A stretch of DNA of 34,320 nt from a virus (Duplodnaviria; Caudoviricetes): positions 1-34,320 of the IMG/VR virus record IMGVR_UViG_3300044847_000013. One strand, 5' to 3'. The notes under the pieces are model-generated. The model saw only the letters and a list, made by a program, of their open reading frames with translations, was not told the origin of the DNA and made no database searches. The position numbers were made by a program, and so were the translations under genes. Numbering within the stretch: position 1 is the stretch's first letter; each line of letters begins with the position of its first letter. This document shows positions 7,765 to 13,428 of this stretch, in pieces.

Positions 7765-8079
7765 ATGGTGTTGAAACGAAGCATTGAGCAGTGGCGCGGC
7801 TGTGATCCGGAGGCAATGGCGTACCACCTGAGCGAGGCGGCAATCATGTACGCCTTCCGTGACGCGAAGGCCGACATCTTGGCGCTGAATGCGGAGAACG
7901 AAAGGCTGCGAATGTCTATCAGCGATTCGATGATTGATTACGTTGAGAAATCGCATGGTATACGCCGTGACCATAAAGGGCGCTGGTGGGTTGAACTTAC
8001 AATCAATACGACGCTCGGAGGGAAAAAGTCGCTGCGGGAGACAATTTATGCGGCAATGAAAGAGCGGCCTAACGAGTAG
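7765..8079 (+). CDS. Hypothetical protein, cassette 9 (104 aa)
   Basis: ATG 7765 after CGGAGAAAG; ends PNE* through the core of site 10. Confidence 0.7.
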   Translation: MVLKRSIEQWRGCDPEAMAYHLSEAAIMYAFRDAKADILALNAENERLRMSISDSMIDYVEKSHGIRRDHKGRWWVELTINTTLGGKKSLRETIYAAMKERPNE

Positions 8080-8158
8080 GTAACCGGCACCGGCGAAGGC
8101 CGGTAATTACAACGCAATGCCCTGCTTACCGGTGTCCGCGTTGACCGGATTGTTAGGC
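8067..8158 (-). repeat. attC-like site 10
   Basis: GCCTAAC-gagta-GGTAACCGGCACCGG...CCGGTG[T]CCG[C]GTT[G]ACC-ggatt-GTTAGGC. Confidence 0.9.
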
Positions 8159-8178
8159 GGGTAACTACGGAGAAAAAT

Positions 8179-8445
8179 ATGCAGAGCAATGAAAATTTTG
8201 AATTTGACGCAATATGCCTTGGTGCCGTTGGACTTACCGCGGCATGGCGGCGCCACAAGGTTGACGTGAAGAGAAGGTACGGGCCGATGCTGATTATCAG
8301 CCAGTGCTGCACTGTCGATGAAGGCGTGTGCCTTCCCGCCTCTGACGTAACCGTTACCACGGTGCAGGGATTGCTCGCTCTGCGCGAAGCAATCGACGAG
8401 GCATTGCGCTATGACAGGCCGGAACAATCGACGCCTAACAAATAG
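8179..8445 (+). CDS. Hypothetical protein, cassette 10 (88 aa)
   Basis: ACGGAGAAAAAT-ATG leader; ends PNK* through the terminal core. Confidence 0.7.
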   Translation: MQSNENFEFDAICLGAVGLTAAWRRHKVDVKRRYGPMLIISQCCTVDEGVCLPASDVTVTTVQGLLALREAIDEALRYDRPEQSTPNK

Positions 8446-8492
8446 TGGACATCAATCGCGACGTCTACCCTGGCGCATGACGTCTACTCTGG
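8433..8492 (-). other. Candidate attI-like terminal site (single core plus two direct repeats)
   Basis: GCCTAAC core (8433-8439) without a palindromic partner, followed by GACGTCTACCCTGG (8460-8473) and GACGTCTACTCTGG (8479-8492). Confidence 0.45.
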
Positions 8493-8579
8493 AAACGGCG
8501 TCACGAGAGATCCTTGCGGCGCAAACGACTTGGCAAATGTGGCAGAGAGCAACTCAATAAACAACCGAGAAACACGGCA

Positions 8580-8768
8580 ATGAACGAAACAACCGATGAC
8601 CGCGTGATCTGGCGACAGGATCTCCAAGTGCAAATGCATGTCTGCTCCGAGACCATGCGCCGCTACATCCGCGACCACAAAGTGCCGCCGCCAGACGTTG
8701 CAATCAGCCGGCAGCGGATGGGCTGGCGGCTCTCCACCCTGCGGGCCGCCGGGATCAACCTGGCGTGA
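8580..8768 (+). CDS. Excisionase / AlpA-like HTH protein
   Basis: 62 aa, basic, with an SETMRRYIRDHKVPPP...GWR pattern; convergent on and overlapping the 3' end of int. Confidence 0.7.
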   Translation: MNETTDDRVIWRQDLQVQMHVCSETMRRYIRDHKVPPPDVAISRQRMGWRLSTLRAAGINLA

Positions 8769-9948
8769 CCTGTGTTGCCTCTTTGCCCTCACAGGCATCC
8801 AGCCAATCCGCCCACGCCTGCAACATCGTCCGCCTCTCGGCCAGGTACTCGGCGCGGTTGTACGTTGCCCGGATGCGGTCCTCTGGCATGTGCGACAACT
8901 GCCGCTCGATGGCATCGGCGCTATATCCGCGCTCGTTGGCCCAGGTACTGCCGATAGTCCGCCAGCCGTGTCCGGTCAGTCGCCCCTTGTATCCGATCCT
9001 ATGGATCAGGTAGAGGATCGCGTTCTCTGACATTGGTCGATCAATCCGCCGGTCGCACGGGAACACATAGGGACCACCGCGTGATCTGGCGCGCATCTCC
9101 CTAATAACAGCAATCGCCTGGCGTGGCAGTGGCACGACATGGCCGCGGCCCATCTTCATCCGGCCATCAGGAAGTCGCCAAAGCGCATCCGCCTCGTCAA
9201 TCTCCTCCCAACGCATCATGCGAAGTTCCGCCGTCCGACTCCAGGTATAAGCGAGGAGACGGCAGGCAAGCACGGAATTCAGATCGCGTTCAAGGCGCAG
9301 TCGGTCAAGAAAGGCCGGAACCTCGTTCAGTTCGAGCGCCGCGAAGTGCGTAACCGCCGCCTTCGTGAATGCCTTTTCCGGGCGAATGAGCGCCGCCGGG
9401 TTGAGCACCGCATAGCCGTGCTCGACAGCCCAATCCCATACCTGCCCTGACCACATGCGGACCTTGCGTACATAGTCGTGCTTTCCGGAAGCATCCATCT
9501 TCCGCAGTTCATCCAGCAACTCGTCGCGGGTGACGCTGCCGATCTGGCGCTCTCCCAATACGGGGTAAAGGTGCATTTCCAGGCCGCGCATAACATTGGC
9601 GCGGTAGGAATCGGAGATGTCCTTGCGCCCTCCCCAATACTCCTGCGCCGCCTGTTTGAGCGTCACCCCCTTGCGCATTGCTTTGCGCGGAGCCATAGGG
9701 TCGCCACCATCGCGCAGAGTGGCCTTCAAGGCATCGCGCTTGATCCGCGCTTCGGCCAGCGATACTTCCGGGTATGGCCCCAGGCTCATGGTCTGCTGCT
9801 TTCCAGCGAGGCGGTAGGCAACGCGCCAGGTCTTGGCGCCAGAGGGGCTGACGAAGAGATGCAGACCGCCGCCATCAAATAGCTTCTGCGGTCTGTCGGA
9901 TGGCCGGACAGCCTTGCATTTGCTGTCGGTTAGCTGATTTGTAGGCAT
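8755..9948 (-). CDS. int: P4-type tyrosine integrase with N-terminal arm-binding domain
   Basis: LTDSKCK...KLFDGGGLHLFVSPSGAKTWR arm domain; catalytic R (SRTAEL), K (RMKM), HGWR, LSH and YNRAEY. Confidence 0.95.
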   Translation of the reverse strand: MPTNQLTDSKCKAVRPSDRPQKLFDGGGLHLFVSPSGAKTWRVAYRLAGKQQTMSLGPYPEVSLAEARIKRDALKATLRDGGDPMAPRKAMRKGVTLKQAAQEYWGGRKDISDSYRANVMRGLEMHLYPVLGERQIGSVTRDELLDELRKMDASGKHDYVRKVRMWSGQVWDWAVEHGYAVLNPAALIRPEKAFTKAAVTHFAALELNEVPAFLDRLRLERDLNSVLACRLLAYTWSRTAELRMMRWEEIDEADALWRLPDGRMKMGRGHVVPLPRQAIAVIREMRARSRGGPYVFPCDRRIDRPMSENAILYLIHRIGYKGRLTGHGWRTIGSTWANERGYSADAIERQLSHMPEDRIRATYNRAEYLAERRTMLQAWADWLDACEGKEATQVTPG

Positions 9949-10210
9949 TTTGGCTCCCGGAGCGATCCGATACCAACACCGATGCCTACAGACTGCCCGT
10001 GTTGAGTGGGCGTTTTACGTGGCGGCCTGTGGGGAGTGGTTGGCGTAGTGATCGCCGAAAGCCGCTATTCTACTTGCGCTTTGGCTGTTTTTGGTGGTCA
10101 GTCGTTGCCTATGTCGCGCCGTCTCTGGCGGATGGGGTGGGTGCCACACATAATGAATAGAAGCGGTTTTCGGAGATGAGTTTTACCCGATGCCGTCAAA
10201 AATGCCTACA
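9940..10210. other. attP: tRNA-3'-end-like core flanked by arm-type integrase sites
   Basis: Core 10126-10141 reads CCCACCCCATCCGCCA on the - strand (tRNA-Ser-like 3' end, G-CCA). 12-mers CCGATACCAACA/CCGATGCCTACA (9967-9990) and CCGATGCCGTCA/AAAATGCCTACA (10187-10210), plus an inverted copy TGTAGGCATTTT (9940-9951). Confidence 0.78.
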
Positions 10211-10364
10211 GGCTCGCGTTGCACCATCCGAGGAAACGGACAGCGCAGAGATAGCAAGTTCCAATGCTGCGCCACGGGCAGCAGAACTCGATTGCTCCGG
10301 GAACGGATGCCTCCCTCCGGTGCTGTGACCGGTACTCAACGATCCAGATCACCTTGCCCACGGC

Positions 10365-10964
10365 TCATTCGCCTTTCCGCCCCCGAATGCGGTCAGCCAA
10401 GGCGCCAACAATTCCGCCTTCAGAAACCCCGGAGGCTGACCGCTTGTCTTCGCTGCGCTTCCACACCGCCACGCCAAGGACTGTCATCGCGTACATCCAG
10501 TGATCAGCTAGGGCACGAATCATCGCCGTGACCGCGTTGATCACATCGGAAAGCTGCTCGTGGTGCCACAAGGCGACATAGACCAGCAAGCCGCAGAAGA
10601 CGAAGCCCTGGAGCGTCCATGTCAGTGCCGCGGCATAACCGAAACTCGGACGCCAACGGCGGGTATAGGTGTCGCCACTCGCCAACTCGGCGCGCATTGT
10701 CTCGTTCACGGCCTTGAGGCGTTCGGTATCCTGGGCATAGACAGCCAGTTGGAAGTCCATGACGGCCTTCTGCATCTGGATCATCAGGACCGGATCGGCC
10801 TTGACCGCCTTGATGGCGTCGTCAGGATCATCCTGACCGGTGAGCGCCTTGGCGACGCCAACCACCTTGTCGGCAGCGGCCGCGGCACGATCGCCGAACA
10901 GTAGTCCGGTGAGCCCTGGAATCATCGGTGCCAACTTGAGTGCTGCAGCAATCAGTGGAGCCAT
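10365..10964 (-). CDS. Holin (GTA-type 3TM holin-like)
   Basis: RWRPSFGY motif followed by hydrophobic segments; directly downstream of the endolysin. Confidence 0.75.
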   Translation of the reverse strand: MAPLIAAALKLAPMIPGLTGLLFGDRAAAAADKVVGVAKALTGQDDPDDAIKAVKADPVLMIQMQKAVMDFQLAVYAQDTERLKAVNETMRAELASGDTYTRRWRPSFGYAAALTWTLQGFVFCGLLVYVALWHHEQLSDVINAVTAMIRALADHWMYAMTVLGVAVWKRSEDKRSASGVSEGGIVGALADRIRGRKGE

Positions 10965-10965
10965 G

Positions 10966-11523
10966 TCAATTCACCCTATTGAGCATCCAGCCGTAAACAA
11001 ATGTCTCGTTGGCTGATCGCCTCTGAGACAGGTCGATATAACGCGCTCCCTGCAGGCAGTTAAGCGTCCGGACCAACACGCGCTCTCCTTCCATGCCACG
11101 CCACGCCAGGAAGGCACGCAGAGCGGACAAAGTCTTTGCACCGACATCTCCATCCTCTTGGATGTCTGGATAGCGAGTCCCCTGCATGTTGAATGCATTC
11201 AGCGCGAGTTGGAGGAATTCACTTGCCTTGCCAACACCACAATTGACGCCGGTGTCGAATAGCTCAATAGCGATCGCCGGAGACAGCGTAGCCACTTGGT
11301 CAAATCTCGGGCCTGTCCAATAACGCTTGCGATAGATTGCCTTGGCGGTTTCCACTGGGAGATCACGCATGGTTCCCATGTACCCATTCTCTCGAGCAAC
11401 GATTGCTGTGATTCCGTACATGGTCTCGCCGCCAGAGTCATCAGGATCGTTGGAGTAGCCGCCTTCCCGCTTGATGAGGGCCACCAATTCGGCCTCAAGG
11501 TCAAAAGCCATCGCGTCTATCAT
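10966..11523 (-). CDS. Endolysin, glycoside hydrolase family 108 with C-terminal peptidoglycan-binding domain
   Basis: REGGYSNDPDDSGGETMYGIT, LFDTGVNCG, DGDVGAKTL and FVYGWMLNRV. Start moved to ATG 11523 (ATGA overlap with the upstream gene). Confidence 0.92.
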   Translation of the reverse strand: MIDAMAFDLEAELVALIKREGGYSNDPDDSGGETMYGITAIVARENGYMGTMRDLPVETAKAIYRKRYWTGPRFDQVATLSPAIAIELFDTGVNCGVGKASEFLQLALNAFNMQGTRYPDIQEDGDVGAKTLSALRAFLAWRGMEGERVLVRTLNCLQGARYIDLSQRRSANETFVYGWMLNRVN

Positions 11524-11711
11524 TTTTTCACCGTCTTGATCGGAATCCACAACCGCCGATCAAGCCCGCAGCGGCCATGGAAATGGCTTACCGTCTCAAC
11601 AGGCTTGACCACGATGTCGCCGTTACAAAGCTTCCCGCCGTAGGAATCGACCTTGTGGCCGCAGTTACCGCAGTGCTTCTCGGCGGTCGGAATATCCTTG
11701 ATCTTGCTCAT
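11520..11711 (-). CDS. Small Cys-containing hypothetical protein (63 aa)
   Basis: MSKIKDIP..., CGNC/C/C residues; ATGA overlaps at both ends; AAGGGGAG RBS. Confidence 0.55.
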   Translation of the reverse strand: MSKIKDIPTAEKHCGNCGHKVDSYGGKLCNGDIVVKPVETVSHFHGRCGLDRRLWIPIKTVKK

Positions 11712-11998
11712 GTCGCTCCCCTTGGCGGTTCCTGCGATAGTTTCGCAACTGACTGACTCCTGCGGTCGCAGATCAGCAGCACAGCAACGCCGGTGGCAAG
11801 CAGGACTTCTGGCAACCGCGGGACGCCGCCGGTAAAGACCAGGCCAATAGCCAAGAGCCCACCGGCGGCGATCATGTAGATTGCGACGCGGATCATCAGC
11901 GGAGTCCGTGGGCACATACTGGCAAGGGATGGTTCGGTGCGTACAACGATGACCGACGAGGCGGCAAGCATCCCCATCTGAAGCAGCATGTCGATCAT
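11708..11998 (-). CDS. Small membrane protein of the lysis module (96 aa)
   Basis: MIDMLLQ... with three hydrophobic stretches; AGGAG upstream; ATGA overlap. Confidence 0.6.
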   Translation of the reverse strand: MIDMLLQMGMLAASSVIVVRTEPSLASMCPRTPLMIRVAIYMIAAGGLLAIGLVFTGGVPRLPEVLLATGVAVLLICDRRSQSVAKLSQEPPRGAT

Positions 11999-12366
11999 TT
12001 GGTCATCTCCTGTGCTTTGCGGTCCGCAATTTGGGTGAGCCTTTTCCCGATGACAGTCCATGCCAGCAGGCCGACAATGGCGGCGATCAGGTATTGCAGT
12101 AGTGCCCCGGTTACTGCCGGCGGCCATGCCGGCAACGACGTCAGGCCGGCGACGATAACCGGAGTCGCCCAGGCGGCAACAAACCCGGAAATCATCGAAA
12201 CGCTAACCCGGCTCAGAACGCGCATTGACGGCAGGTAGCTGAGTTGCCACCACCCGCCAATAACGCCACAGGCGAACAGCATCGGATGAATTCCGGTCGC
12301 CACACCGAATACAGAGATGCCGGCCGCGGTAATCGCAAAGATCCCGCTCGACGTTGGTTCAGCCAT
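11995..12366 (-). CDS. Putative holin / membrane protein (123 aa)
   Basis: MAEPTSS start typical of phage holin-like proteins; three or four hydrophobic helices; basic C-terminus; AAGGGGA RBS. Confidence 0.65.
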   Translation of the reverse strand: MAEPTSSGIFAITAAGISVFGVATGIHPMLFACGVIGGWWQLSYLPSMRVLSRVSVSMISGFVAAWATPVIVAGLTSLPAWPPAVTGALLQYLIAAIVGLLAWTVIGKRLTQIADRKAQEMTK

Positions 12367-12391
12367 GATTCCCCTTACCTTTCTTGTTGAG

Positions 12392-12754
12392 CTATCGGAG
12401 ATACACGCTTCTCTCCCATCGATCCTTGCAGATCGTCCCGGCGCATGACTTGATCGCCAGGGGAAGCCATTGCAGATTCCAGACGGCATCACAACCACCG
12501 TTGGCCAACGGGAAAATGTGATCGATTGCCCACCCCGGGCAGGCACCGGAAAACTCCTTGGTGGCCGGGCAGGCATAGAGCTTGCGGAAGACGCGGAGGA
12601 CATCGGCGCGACGGCGAATCGATCCATCGGCATTCCGCACCGGATCGCCGCAGTAGCGGATCTCAACCAGCGGATCGGGGCCGGCATGGGTAACCGCAGC
12701 CACAAGCAGCAGGAAGATGCACAGGGCAACAAGGGTAAGCGTTCTGATCATCAC
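12392..12754 (-). CDS. HNH-motif protein with N-terminal signal peptide
   Basis: CPAT....GACPGWAIDHIFPLANGGCDAVWNLQW HNH motif; N-terminus MMIRTLTLVALCIFLLLVAAVTHA. Confidence 0.75.
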   Translation of the reverse strand: MMIRTLTLVALCIFLLLVAAVTHAGPDPLVEIRYCGDPVRNADGSIRRRADVLRVFRKLYACPATKEFSGACPGWAIDHIFPLANGGCDAVWNLQWLPLAIKSCAGTICKDRWERSVYLR

Positions 12755-12762
12755 AGTTCCTT

Positions 12763-13425
12763 TCAGACGTCAGCTGTCTCGCGCACCCAGTTCGTGCCGT
12801 CGCAGTAGATCCGTGCGCGCTTTCCGTTGGCCACCGTGACGCCAGTCCCCGTGGCGCCGATGTACTGCAGACTTTGAGCCCCCGTGGTGCCGTTGTAGAC
12901 CGCCAGACCAAGCCCCTTAGCCAGCGGCAGTACTACGTTCCTGGTGGCGGTCAGCGTCACGGCGCTGGTGACCTCCAGGATCTTGGTGCGGGACTCGGCG
13001 GCCGTCAGCGTCACGTTGGCATCGCTGGCCATGGACTTCGCTACCAGGCTCGGGAACAGTTCAGCAGCCCAGCTCCGATAGTCGGTGTAGTCGGTGACAG
13101 TTGAAGTACCGACCGCGCACTGATACAGCGGAATCTGCCCGGCCGTGAACCCCGTGGTATTGAAGCTCACCACCCCAGCCCGCGTCGCTTCGACGTAGCA
13201 GGTGGAAGAAGCCGTCAGGGTCAGTGTGCTGTTGCTGATCGAAGTCAGTACGCCATCAACGAGCACCTTGCCGCCGTAGTAGCCCCACACCCGCCCAGAG
13301 CAGGCGGTGGCGTGGCGACCGAACAGCGTCGCAGGCGAGGCCGCGTCGATGAGTTCGTTGGCGCGCTGCTCCTTGCCTGCGTCTCCGGATGATAGAACGT
13401 CAAGGTTTGTCGTCTGGTTTGCCAT
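12763..13425 (-). CDS. Minor tail / fibre-associated protein
   Basis: Follows the tail-tip gene; T/S/G-rich beta-type composition; LTATRNVVLP...YNGTTGAQSL motif seen in phage fibre proteins. Confidence 0.6.
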   Translation of the reverse strand: MANQTTNLDVLSSGDAGKEQRANELIDAASPATLFGRHATACSGRVWGYYGGKVLVDGVLTSISNSTLTLTASSTCYVEATRAGVVSFNTTGFTAGQIPLYQCAVGTSTVTDYTDYRSWAAELFPSLVAKSMASDANVTLTAAESRTKILEVTSAVTLTATRNVVLPLAKGLGLAVYNGTTGAQSLQYIGATGTGVTVANGKRARIYCDGTNWVRETADV

Positions 13426-13428
13426 TTC

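Larger units (their letters stand above)
3678..8492. mobile_element. Integron-like gene-cassette array (about 11 cassettes, attC-like sites, no intI in window; CALIN-like) embedded in the phage early operon
   Basis: Ten full-length AAC...GTT imperfect palindromes (56-92 bp), one half-site and a terminal core alternate with small ORFs. The right core of site n is usually complementary to the left core of site n+1. Confidence 0.88.

Noticed and set aside
3678-8492. CRISPR array or simple repeated terminators as the explanation of the intergenic repeats
   Set aside because: The spacers are whole genes of variable length and the repeats are divergent and 56-92 bp. They lack T-tails, carry AAC/GTT cores with bulged bases, and no cas genes are present.
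8755-9948. Integron integrase IntI
   Set aside because: It has a P4-type arm-binding N-terminus, an adjacent xis-like gene and a tRNA-type attP; no IntI-specific insertion is visible.
10126-10141. tRNA gene
   Set aside because: Only the last 16 nt resemble a tRNA; the T-loop (TTCGAAT) and the rest of the cloverleaf are absent, so it is an att core.
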